64,000 bases of DNA. It comes from Heterodontus francisci (lineage: Eukaryota). The notes beneath the pieces are model-generated. The model ran no database searches and was not told the DNA's origin. It saw only the letters and a list, made by a program, of their open reading frames with translations. This document shows, one piece after another, positions 15,600 to 31,200 of this stretch. Both the position numbers and the translations under genes were made by a program. The stretch lies in contig NC_090421.1 of the NCBI RefSeq assembly GCF_036365525.1, positions 2,119,982-2,183,981 on the forward strand, written 5' to 3'. Positions within the stretch are counted from its first letter, which is position 1, and every line of letters starts with the position of its first letter.

Positions 15600-16080
15600 C
15601 AGCCAAAGCTGCCCTCTCCCTCCTTGCCTCTGCGGTCACTCAAACTGCATGCCTGAAGGCTTAATCCAACTTGCTGGCTGAGGGCGGTCTCACACCGAAA
15701 TCGCACCAATGAGACAGCAGACGCTCGCAAATTGTCTTTTTTCATTAGCCAACGCCCCTGCCAATCACCCGCTCCCAACAAGTTCAGTTGGTTTGCACAG
15801 CCTGCGGCCTTCGAATGATTTCCGCCAGTATTTTAAAACCCTTATGGCTGATGAAGGTCCAAGTGGAAAGGGTTTGTTTTACCTTGGAGATATCGGCTCG
15901 AGCGCTCCGCAAAGCACACAACACAGCCATGGCGCTGTTCATCATTCGCCGGTGAGCGCCGCGGACATCCAGCTACCATGCCACGCGACGGAGGGCCAAC
16001 AAGAACAAACTTTAGCGACGCCTCTTCAGGCAAACGCCAAGAGAAGGCTCCTTACAGTTTGCTCTGCAGCCCAAAATGTC
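15600..16080. promoter_or_regulatory. CpG island around TSFM exon 1 (copies about 35998-36478 and 56421-56901)
   Basis: CpG-dense, with GGGCGG and CCAAT motifs; contains the TSFM start codon. Confidence 0.65.
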
Positions 16081-16788
16081 TGATGGCTCCCACTGGTGGT
16101 TAAAGCAGGAGAAACTAAAACATGACTTTTTTTTTCCTGTCAAACTGTCAAAGGGATATTTTAGCAAAAAAAGCATGTTACTGTTTAAAAATAATATTGG
16201 GGCACTCTTGTCTCTGAATCAGGAGTGGGTTGGAGTCCCAGTATGGATTTGAACCCATAATCTAGGCTGACACTTCGAGGTGCCCTCTTGCAGTTAACGT
16301 GTTAAATGAAAGAAACCCACCCCCATCTGTCTGTTCAAATGAATGAAAAAAAAATCTGCTCGTACTGTTTGAAGAGCAGGGAGTTCTCCCTGTGTCCTAG
16401 CAAACAGTCCTCCCTCAACCAACACCACCAAAAATAGATTAACTGGTCATGCATCCCATTGCTGTTTGTGGAAATTTGCTATGTGTAAATTGGCTGCTGC
16501 ATGCCTACATAAATAAGCAGCTTTTAAGAGGAGGAAAGAAAACAGTAGACAGCAAAATAATCTAATATATGATACTGTAAAAGATGAACACCAACTTGTT
16601 TATTATAATTTTACAATCTTGCTGTCTTTCTTCGAAACTTGTAGCAATGGTGACTGAATGTTAAATACCAATCTCCTATTTGTGTTAAGTGTATTCTGCA
16701 CAGTTTTGCTGCTTAAGACAAAGGGACGTAGATTCAAACTAGATTTAGGACTGATGTCAGGAAATTCTGCTTCACATAGCATTATCAA

Positions 16789-16860
16789 GTGATGGTGGTA
16801 TAGTGGTGAGCATAGTTGTCTTCCAAGCATTTGACCTGGGTTCGATTCCCGGCCATTGCA
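16789..16860 (+). tRNA. tRNA-Gly(TCC)-derived gene, probably a pseudogene
   Basis: 72 nt GTGATGGTGGTATAGTGGTGAGCATAGTTGTCTTCCAAGCATTTGACCTGGGTTCGATTCCCGGCCATTGCA. It has A and B boxes and a CTTCCAA anticodon loop, with about 8 differences from vertebrate tRNA-Gly-TCC. The anticodon stem is weakened (T-T, T-G) and no oligo-T terminator follows directly. Confidence 0.8.
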
Positions 16861-16911
16861 ATGTCCAATCCTAGGTCAGCCTCAAATCTGCAACTTTACC
16901 ATGATTTTTCT

Positions 16912-18234
16912 AGCATCAGTGGTTGGGAAAATATTGGAAAAAATTCTGAGAGACAGGATTAATCTCCACTTGGAGAGGCAGGGATTAATCAGGGATAGTC
17001 AGCACAGCTTTGTCAAGGGGAGATCGTGGCTAAATAATTTTTCGAGGAGGTAACTAGATGTGTCGATGAGGGTAAAGCAGTAGATGTAGTCTACATGGAC
17101 TTCAGTAAGGCTACTGATAAGGTCCCGCATGGGAGATTGGTCAAGAAGGTAAGAGCCCATAGGATCCAGGGCAATTTGGCAAATTGGATCCAAAATTGGC
17201 TTAGTGGCAGGAGGCAGAGAGTAATGGTCGAGGGTGATGGTTGTTTTTGCGATTGGAAGCCTGTGACCAGTGGGGTACTGCAGGGATTGGTGCTGGGACC
17301 TTTGCTGTTTGTAGTGTGCATTAATGATTTAGTCGTGAATATAGGAGGTATGATCAGTAAGTTCGCAGATGACACAAAGATTGGTGGTGTTGTAAATAGT
17401 GAGGAGGAAATCCTTAGATTACAGGACGATATAGTTGGGCTGGTAAGATGGGCAGAGCAGTGGCAAATGGAATTTAATGCTGAGAAGTGTGAGGTGATGC
17501 ATTTTGGGAGGACCCTAGGAAGTACAGAGGGACCTTGGTGTACCTGTCCATAGATCACTGAAGGCAGCAGCACAGGCAGATAAGGTGGTGAGGAAGGCAT
17601 ATGGGATATTTGCCTTTATCAACCGAGGCATAGAATATAAGAGCAGGGAGGTTATGATGGAGCTGTATAAAACGCGAGTTAGGCCACAGCTGGAGTACTG
17701 TGTACAGTTCTGGTCACCACACTATAGGAAGGATGTGATTGCACTGGAGAGGGTGCAGAGAAGATTCACCAGGATGTTGCCTGGTCTGGAGTATTTCAGC
17801 TATGGAGACTGAAAAGGCTAGGGTTGTTTTCCTTGGAGCAGAGAAGGCTGAGGGGGGACATGATTGAAGTATACAAAATTATGAGAGGTACTGATAGGTT
17901 AGATAGGAAAAAACCTTTTCCCTTAGTGGAGGGGTCAAGAACCAGGGGGCATAGAATCAGAGTAAGGGGCAGGAGGTTTAGGGGGGATTTGAGGAAGCAT
18001 TTTATCACCCAGAGGGTGGTTGGAATCTGGAACGCACTGCCTGATGTGCTGGTAGAGGCAGGAAACCTCACAACATTTAAGAAGTATTTAGATGAGCACT
18101 TGAAACACCATAGCATACAATGCTACGGGCCAAGTGCAGGAATATGGGATTAGAATAGTTGGGTGCTGTATGGCCAGCACAGACATGATGGGCCAAAGGG
18201 CCTGTTTCTGTGCTGTACAACTCTATGACTCTAT
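16912..18234 (+). mobile_element. CR1 LINE RT region, frameshifted
   Basis: MDFSKATDKVPHGRL, SGVLQGLVLGPLLF, ISKFADDTKIGG, followed by the C-terminus and 3' UTR. Confidence 0.93.
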
Positions 18235-20478
18235 CAACACATGGAAAGGCAGTGGTGGCAAAAAACCTGGAATGTTCGCAGAAACAATTGGATGGGGACG
18301 TGGGGGTGCTTTACAATCATTCTGGATGGATGATCTAAGATGGGCCAAATGGACTCACTCATCCAGAATTAATTCTTCTGATCTTGTGCAATTAATTCTG
18401 GATTTAGCCATTCTGTCTTCCGAGCTACAATTCTACATTTCTCAGCATTGTGTATAATCAAGTTTTGAAGATAAAATGACTGATGTTAACTCTTCCTGTT
18501 AATCGACACCATTTCTCTTCCCCTCCTCTAACTTTCTCCTCTTAAATCCCTTCCAGTGGCTTGTTATTTAAATATGTTGTGGGAAGAAGCCACACAGACC
18601 AGATGGTCCCAGGTTTGATCTGTCTGTGCTGAATTAGCTAATCTCACCCAGCGTGCTATGAGCACTACAATTGGCTTCAGCACCCCTTGGCGAGAGAGGA
18701 GGGACAAAATGTCAGACAGGATGCCTTCCACAGTTGAATAGTCTGTCTAATCTCACACACAAATGGCCACTTGGGTAAGGTATCAGAGGTCTTCTGGCAC
18801 CTGTGGAACCCCCCCCCCCCCCCCCCCCCCCAGTAAGGGATAGCACCTTCATAGCAACAGTAACTACCCTGCAAAAGTACTTCATTAACAGTGAAGTGCT
18901 TTGGGATGTCCTGAGATTGTGAATGGTGATGTCGAAATACAAGTTTGTTTTTTCGGGGGTTGGTGGGGGGGGGGGGGGGGGTGGGAAATGACAACATGAG
19001 ATTTGAAAGTTTTTGGCTTTATGATCAATTTGGTCGCTTTTTACAGATAAAAATACTCAACAAAATTTCAAAGCGTGATGATTGGTCAGTCCATTTTTCT
19101 TTGGTCAATGCAATACATTCTCTTGGTTCAGGAGCAGAGTTAAAGTATACAAAGCGATTCGCGTACAGAGACTTGGTAACCTCAGGTACATAAAACTGAT
19201 AGTACAGAGAAACAGTTAGCTTGGAGGCACTTTATCTTTGATATTCTGTTCACGTTTGAGGCACTATTTATACTCAAGAAAACAACCTTGTAAAATTCTC
19301 CATATGATTATAAATGTCATTATTTTGGCAGGTGTTAAATGGGTAGTAGTGTGTCACAGCGTTAGTTTATCACCTAACCTGGGTTTGAATCCAGCCCAAA
19401 CTGGTGGAATGAATGCACCCACGACCCCCCACAACATATCTGTGTGACATGAGTTTGGGGATTGCCTTGATCCAGTTATTTATGAGGACAAGTTCACTGT
19501 GTGAATGACGTTGCAAAACTGAAGAAAAGTCAGGCTGGTGGATTACGGGTGCTTGTCTGAGGCAGGATTTAAGGCACATTATTACTGTAGTGTAAGTGGA
19601 ACTTTACATTTGATCTATGCTGTTCTTTGTACGCAAAGTCAATATTGGACAGCCGATACTCTGAAGGTGAACTGCCAGCAAAGATCCAAAGCCCATAGCA
19701 TGCGTTGCAAGATGAGAAGAAATAATCCTGTTCTCCAGCACCGACATTCCTCACTGCAGCATAAATTCAATGTACATAATTCTTTTGTTTCCTTCAAAAT
19801 TTGTCACCATCCAAAATATATCTTCCTTCAACCAGGAGGATGGAACATTTCCTACATAATTATTGTCAATACCAGTTCATAGATTGTCCAGCAAGAGGCA
19901 CGGTTCAAGCAGGGCGACAGGTGATGACCAGTTCTCCCGACTGGTCATGCTCCATCCAGCAGAGATCTGATCAAACCTACCCAACAAGCAGCTTCAACTG
20001 ATTACAAATGCCAGGCATTCCAACTCATTGCCATTTCTCTCCCTGTATGACAATGAAACTCACAGAAACAGTTCCTATTCTTAGAGTCCCAATGTTATTA
20101 CCTTACTTAAGTGTCAAGTACATTAAAAAAATAGTGTTAATACTAGTCAACCTAGGCAGTGATGGGGACACTACATTTGGCCTTAGTGTTTCTGGGTTAG
20201 GATGGCAGGGGGAAAGGGGGAAACAGCCAAAGTCCTTGCTCCTGATCATAGTGTGTGTATGTATATATAATAAAAACATGTCAGGCGAGTGAGCACAGCT
20301 TCAGGCTTAATTTTGATGCCCTTATGGTCAAATAGCCTGACCCGCACTGTCCACACATTAAGACTGCAGGTTAATTGAGATAGTGGAGGGCACCATGTGC
20401 ACATGGAATGGTCCCCCAGCATAGGCTGACACCTTCAGTACAGGCAGAAGAATTAGTTTTACGCTTTGTTTTTGTTGA

Positions 20479-20484
20479 TTTATT
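20479..20484 (-). terminator. Candidate polyadenylation signal of EEF1AKMT3
   Basis: AATAAA on the minus strand about 400 nt after the stop codon. Confidence 0.4.
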
Positions 20485-20887
20485 CTGTATACTGCCAATG
20501 CAGGTCTCTGCTGAAGTGTGACTGTGTGAAAATGCGGAATAAACATCAGTAGGCAGGCAATAACCCAGGCAATTCAAAAATGTTGGTTCAGCTGCCCTTG
20601 TCCCTCCTCAAACTCCCTCCCCCAGCGATGTCTCACTGCTTAAACAAAGCCATTATATTTGTTTTTATAAAAAGAGAGAATGTGCACCTGACAGCTCACT
20701 GAATGACTACACCCGGGAGTGAGATACTGAGTCAGGTCACAGGGTCCATCCCCAGTCAGTGCTGAATTAGCTGTTAGCCGGGGAAACAGTATCAACGCTT
20801 CAAACTGACTACTACATGGGTCACCTACAGAAGGGCTGCCTAGTCTCAAGAGCTGTGTTAAATGAGAGATTTCCCTTGCTACGTTAG

Positions 20888-25175
<4,288 letters not shown>

Positions 25176-25788
25176 TCACTGACCAATGGGTACTTTCCAG
25201 TCTCCACTGCCTCTGTCGTGATTGCAGGATGAATTTGTTTCAAGATGTGTTTCCTTCTGTGAAAAAGAAAGAAAACAGGGGTAAAAAACTTGCAACGCTG
25301 TGCTTTGAAAGGGGGAGACATTTAAAAATCTTCGAGCTGATGGCATGTGCAGCACCACGGGGGTTGTTGGGTGGGCGGAGTCCATGTTTAGCTGCTAAGG
25401 TGCCTGTGCCTTTCAGGCCACTGCTCAGGTACTTCCTGCAATAAAGAGATCTAATCAGGCAGATCCTGAAGCACTGAGTATCTAAAGTGCTGAAGGAAAG
25501 TACTGTGGACTGGCAGTGCTTGTAAATTCCGAGCTCTGCCCTGGGTGAGGCCAGGTGAGCAAAGTCAGAAAAACAGCAGGAAATGACTGGCTTTCTTTGA
25601 AAATCTGACACCTTGAAGTGTGATGGACGCACACGAGCTGCAAGATTTTGTTGGAAAGTTTGCAGCATAGCTCACAAAAGGCTCATAATCATAAATCCTT
25701 TTCATTTAATACACTATTTATGTTTTGATTTAGAAAAGTAAAGACAATTTTTATGTTTAAATACATCAGGATCACTCTTCCATCACAG

Positions 25789-26684
25789 AGTGTAATGTGT
25801 CCAAGTTTGTTGACAATACAAAGTTAGGGGGAAATATAAGAGGCTGCGAAGAGATGTTGACAGGTTAAGTGAGTGGGCAAAAAGGTGGCAGATGGAGTAT
25901 AATGTGGGGAAGTGTGAGGTTATTCACTTTGGTTGTAAGAATAGAAAAGCAGAATATTGTTAAAAGGCCTAAAACTTCTAAATGTTGATGTTGAGAGAGA
26001 CTTGGGGGCACTCGTACAAGGTACACAGAAAGTTCGCATGCAGGTACAGCAAGCAATTAGGAAGGCAAATGGAATGTTGGCCTTTATTGCAAGGGAATTG
26101 GAGTACAAGAACAAGGAAGTCTTGCTACACTTGTACAGGGTTTTGGTGAGACTATACCTGGAGTACTGTGTGCAGTTTTGGTCTCCTTATTTAAGGAAGA
26201 ATATACTTGCCTCGGAGGCAGCACAGCGAAGGGTCACTAGATTGATTCCTAGGATGAGAGGCTGTGTAAATTGGGTCCATATTCTCGAGTTCGGAAGAAA
26301 GAGTGGTGATCTCACTGAAACATACAAGATTCTGAAGGAGTTTGACAAGGTAGATGCTGAGAAATTGTTTCCCGGCTGGCGAATCTAGAACACAGGGGTG
26401 CAGTCTCAGGATAAGGGGCCGTTCATTTAGGACTAGATGAGGAGAAATTTCTTCACTCAGAGGGTTATGAATCTTTGGAATTCGCTACCCCAGAGGGTGG
26501 ATGCTCAGTCATTGAAAATATTCAAGGCTGGAATCGACAGATTTTTGGTCTCTCAGGGAATCAAGGGATATGGGGAGCGGGCAGGAAAGTGGAATTGAGG
26601 CAGAGGATCAGCCACGTTGGTGTTGAACAGTGGAGCAGGCTCGAGGATCTGTGTGGTCTACTCCTGCTCCTATTTCTTACGTTC
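25789..26684 (+). mobile_element. CR1 LINE 3' fragment (copy about 46183-47078)
   Basis: Same as 5335-6226. Confidence 0.9.
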
Positions 26685-27337
26685 TTTTCTTCTCGCACTT
26701 CTAACACATTAACAACTCTGTGAACACAATAAACATCAGTTTTTATACAATCATAGAATGGTTACAGTGCAGAAGGAGGCCATTTGGCCTGTCGTATCTG
26801 TGCCGTCTCTGCAAGAGCCTCTCAGCTAGTCCCACTCCCCTTCCTTTTCCCTGTAGCCCTGCATATTTTTTTCTCTTCACATTAATTATCCAATTCCCTT
26901 TTCAAGGCCACAATTGAATCTGCCTCCACTACTCTCAGGCAGTGCATTCCAGATCCTAACCACTCATTGCATTAACAAGTTTTTCCTCATGTTGCCTTTG
27001 GTTACTTTGCCAATTGCCTTAAATCAGTGTCCTCTGGTTCTGGATCCTTCTGCCAGTGGGAAGTTTCTCTCTATCTACTCGGTCCAGACCCTTCATGATT
27101 TTAAACACCTCTATCAAATCTTCTCTAAGGAGAACAGCCCCAGCTTCTCCAATCTATCCTCGTAACTGAAGTCCCTCATCCCTGGAACCATTCTTGTAAA
27201 TATTTTCTGCATCCTCTCTAAAGCCTTCACATCCTTTCTAAAGTGCAGTGCCCAGAGCTGGGCACATTACTCCAGTTGAGGCTGTACCAGTGGTCTATAC
27301 AAGTTTAATATAACTATTATTGAACAACATCCAATGT

Positions 27338-27783
27338 TACACTGACGTGGCCCAACACACACAAAACCTGCTCGACAGTTCAACCTAACCTGACGTTGAA
27401 GGCCGCGGGGTGCGGGTTTACATCCCAATTGGTCCAGTCCACAGCTACACGTCAGGCCCCGCTTTTGATTGGCCAGTCTTATTGCCAATCACCCGCCTCC
27501 GATCAAGTTTGGTTCACCGAGCAACTGCGCAGTCATCCAGCTGTCCAGCCCGTTCCAGGTGTGTGTGTGTAGTTTGTTGTGAATTTTTGACAGTTTTCTT
27601 TTGGTGACTGTTAATAAAGTTGACCGCGAGGAATTGCTGAACCATGTCCGCAGACTCGCTGGTGAACAACGCAGAGGCGACAGCACCAAAGTTCGCTACG
27701 TGTGGACAAGAGCTCCTGCTGAAGGCAGAAGCAAACCAGAACTGAGAGCCCTGTTGACAGACCTCCCCGCGCGTTGCATATGA
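27338..27783. promoter_or_regulatory. CpG-rich EEF1AKMT3 promoter (copy); putative non-coding first exon ending at 27390 and splicing to the acceptor at 25256
   Basis: Copy of 6880-7325. The acceptor ttttctttctttttcacag|AAGG lies 102 nt upstream of the ATG on the minus strand. Confidence 0.7.
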
Positions 27784-27785
27784 AA

Positions 27786-28633
27786 CAGAGTCACAGTGTT
27801 ACACAGCACGGAAACAGGCCCTTCAGCCCATCGTGTCTGTGCCGGCCATCAAGCACTTATCCATTATAATCCCATTTTCCAGCACTTGGCCCGTAACCTT
27901 GTATGCTATGGTGTTTCAAGTGCTCATCTAAATATTTCTTAAATGTTGTTGAGGGTTCCTGCCTCTACCACCTCTTCAGGCAGTGTGTTCCAGATTGCAA
28001 CCACCCTCTAGGTGAAATTTATTTCCTCAAATTCCCTCTAAACCTCCTGCCCCTTACCTTAAATCTATGCCCCCTGGTTATTGACACCTCCGCGAAGGGA
28101 AAAAGTTTCTTCCTATCCAATCTATCAATGCCCCTCATAATTTTGTACACCTCAATCAGGTCCCCCCTCAGCCTTCTCTGCTCTAAGGAAAACAACCCTA
28201 GCCTATCCATTCTCTCTTCATAGCTGAAATGCTCCAGCCCAGGCAACATCCTGGTGAATCTCCTCTGCACCCTCTCCAGTGCAATCACATCCTTCCTATA
28301 GTGTGGTGACCAGAACTGTACACAGTACTCCAGCTGTGGCCTAACTAGCGTTTTATAAGCTCCATTATAACCTCCGTGCTCTTATATTCTATGCCTCGGC
28401 TAATAAAGGCAAGTATCCCATATGCCTTCCTAACCACCTTATCTACCTATGCTGCTGCCTTTAGTGATCTATGGACAAGTACACCAAGATCCCTCTGTAC
28501 TTCCTAGGGTCCTACCATCTATTGTATATTCCCTTGCCTTGTTAGTCCTCCCAAAATGCATCACCTCACACTTTTCAGGATTAAATTCCATTTGCCACTG
28601 CTCCGCCCATCTTACCAACCCATCATAGCATCC
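27786..28633 (-). mobile_element. CR1 LINE 3' fragment (copy about 48180-49027)
   Basis: Same as 7328-8175. Confidence 0.9.
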
Positions 28634-31200
28634 TGCAGGAGGGCGCAGATAAATAGATAAAGGGCCTAAACTTTCCACCTCACTCTCTGTCTCCTTCTTT
28701 AAGATGCTCCTTAAAACCTACCTCTTTGAAGGAGCTTTTGGTCACCTGTCCTAATAACCCCTGATGTGGCTCACGATCAAATTCCGTCTGATTTACACAC
28801 CTGCGAAGCATCTTGGGCCATTTTACTTAATTAAAGGCACTATATAAATGCAGGTTGTTGTCACAGGGTGCACAGACACAACTCCACCTCCTGTTTTAAA
28901 GTCATACATTCTGGGCCGATTTTAACTCCGTGCAAGTGGGTGGATTTTGAATGGATCACAATCTTGCCCTCTGTCCACATATTGTTATTTTTCCATGAGA
29001 ACATCCAATGTCCACATTTACAATGGAATTTTGCCATGGGATCTACAGGTGGGTGGGGGGCACGGGTGTACAGACTGCGATCAAATGTTATGCTGAGTAA
29101 CTTCCGAATTATATATATAAATGGGTGACTGACCTGAGGACAAATAACCATCCCAATGGTATTACGTTGTCCGCATGCCGAGCACATGCACCTCAAAGGA
29201 CAGCTGCCAGTATTGGCCAGGACTCAAGTGAACTATCGTACAGGGAAATGTCAGTTTATTTAACACATAAACTGTATTTACATTGAAAAGTAACAAGAAT
29301 ATCACTTCTAGAAATTTTCTTGGTAATGTCAGTATTACATAATAAGGTAATTCCTTGCTGTTCTCTGATGTAGAAGCTTGTTCTTACAGCCCTCCCTGTT
29401 CCAGTCTACTAAAGTTCCAGTTCTGATGACGGGTCACTGGAAACATTAACTCTGCTTCTCCCTCCACAGATGCTGCCAGACCTGCTGAGTATTTCCAACA
29501 CTTTCTGTTTTGATTACGAAAGTTCCTGTATTCTTGAACCAAGTCTCATCTTGTGTTACCAGGGTCTCCACTTTACATAAGAAATAAGAGCAGGAGTAGG
29601 CCATTCAGCCCCTCGAGCCTGCTCCACCATTCAATAAGATCATGGCTGATCTGATTGTGGTCTTAATTCCACTTTCCTGCTTGCGCACCCCCCTCCCCCC
29701 CCCCCCCCCCTCGCCATCACCCTGGACTCCCTTGTAGATCAATTATTTTTCTAACTCAGTCTTGAATATATTGAATGACCCAGCCTCCACTGCTCTCTGG
29801 GGAAGAGAATTCCAAAGATTAACAACCCTCTGGGAGAAGAAATTCCTCCTTATGTCCATCTTAGATGGAAGACCCCTTATTTTGAAACGGTGCCCCCTAG
29901 TTTTAGATTCCCCCACGAGGGGAAACATCCTCTCAGCATCTACCCTGTCAAGCCCCCTCAGAATTTTATATGTTTCAATAAGATCACCTCTCATTATTCA
30001 AAACTCCAATGATTACAGGCCCAACCTGCTCAACCTTTCCTCATAAGACAAACCCCTTCATCCCAGGAATCAACCGAGTGAACCTTCTCTGAACTGCTTC
30101 CAATGCAGGTATACCCCTCCTTAAGTAAGGGAACCAAAACTGTACATAGTACTCGAGGTGCAGTCTCACCAATGCCCAGTTCGGTTGTAACAAGACTTCC
30201 TTACTTTTATACTCCATCCCCTTGCAATAAATGCCAACATTCCATTTGTCTTCCTAATTACTTGCTCTACCTGCATGCTGGCTTTTTGTGATTCATGTAC
30301 AAGGACACCCAGATCCTTCTGTACCACAGCATTCTGCAGTCTCTCTCCATGTGAATAATATTCTGCGTTTCTATTCCTGCCAAAGTGGATAGCCTCACAT
30401 TTTCCCACATTATACTCCATCTCTGCCCACTCGCTTAACCTATCTATATCTTTTTGCCAACACTGTGTCCTCCTCACAACTTGCTTTCCTACCTATCTTT
30501 GTATTGTCTGCAAATTTGGCTACAATACATACAGTTCCTTCATCCAAATCATGAATATAGATCGCAAATAGTTGAGGCCCCGGCAGTGGTCCCTGTGGCA
30601 CTCCACTGCTTACTGTTTGCCAACCTGAAAATGCCCCATTTATCCTGACTCCCTGTTTCCTGTTTGATAATTGTGCATTCTAGTCACTATCACTGACAGT
30701 TTCTCTTTCACCTGATTCTGAAATTGTTCAAAACTACCCCAAGGCCCAAAGGTAACTTCCCCTTCTACTTTCATCTTAGTTTGTTCAGTTTGCTTACCCA
30801 CTGTTTTTTTTCATGTTTGCACTTGCTGCTGTTCAATATTCAGTCCGTTAACACCTATTCTGTACTAATGCTTCGTCTTTCAACACACCATTAACATATT
30901 GTTTGCCTTTGCTCCATGACCTTTTGGTCAGCTATGTGGCCTTGTCCTATCTGCACCTTCTCCTTTGTTATCTCTTGCCCCACCCCCACCTCACTTGCTT
31001 ATAACCTGTGACATTTTTAATATTTGTCAGTTCCGAAGAAGGGTCACTGACCCGAAACGTTAACTCTGCTTCTCTTTCCACAGATGCTGCCAGACCTGCT
31101 GAGTGGTTCCAGCATTTCTTGTTTTTATTTCAGATTTCCAGCATCTGCAGTATTTTGCTTTTATTCCCCTTCTACTTATCTTATTAGATCATCGGCCACT

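Larger units (their letters stand above)
13791..15930 (-). pseudogene. TSFM: 5' fragment of mitochondrial elongation factor Ts: exon 1 15930-15883, exon 2 13946-13791; no exon 3 found in the unit
   Basis: Exon 1 gcgccATGG (Kozak) MAVLCALRSARADISK|gtaaaa. Exon 2 (ttgtctttgttag|) IFSAQPTQFLHCSGVRLMAADKELLLKLRKRTGYSFTNCKKALERFSSDLQQ|gtaggt matches the EF-Ts N-terminal motif (human [22 protein letters not shown]). TSFM lies downstream of EEF1AKMT3 in the same orientation in human. The 68 codons are open. Confidence 0.9.

Noticed and set aside
15709-16083. 124-aa plus-strand ORF (MADEGPSGK...) as a protein gene
   Set aside because: Antisense to TSFM exon 1 in a GC-rich island, with no recognisable homology.
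16912-18234. Active retrotransposon
   Set aside because: 5'-truncated, with no endonuclease or ORF1 and multiple frameshifts and stops; its copy number here comes from the tandem array.
18808-18985. Poly-C and poly-G tracts flanking a SINE remnant
   Set aside because: Simple homopolymers whose length differences between units are within slippage or sequencing error.
19921-19970. C/D-box-like GTGATGA...CTGA with a 9-bp hairpin
   Set aside because: Only 50 nt, with no terminal stem, no recognisable guide and no host intron on that strand. The similar box pair at about 19075-19199 is equally unsupported.
25176-25178. In-frame TGA as selenocysteine or programmed readthrough
   Set aside because: The context is TGA-AAG rather than TGA-CTAG and I could not identify a SECIS, so it is treated as an ordinary stop.
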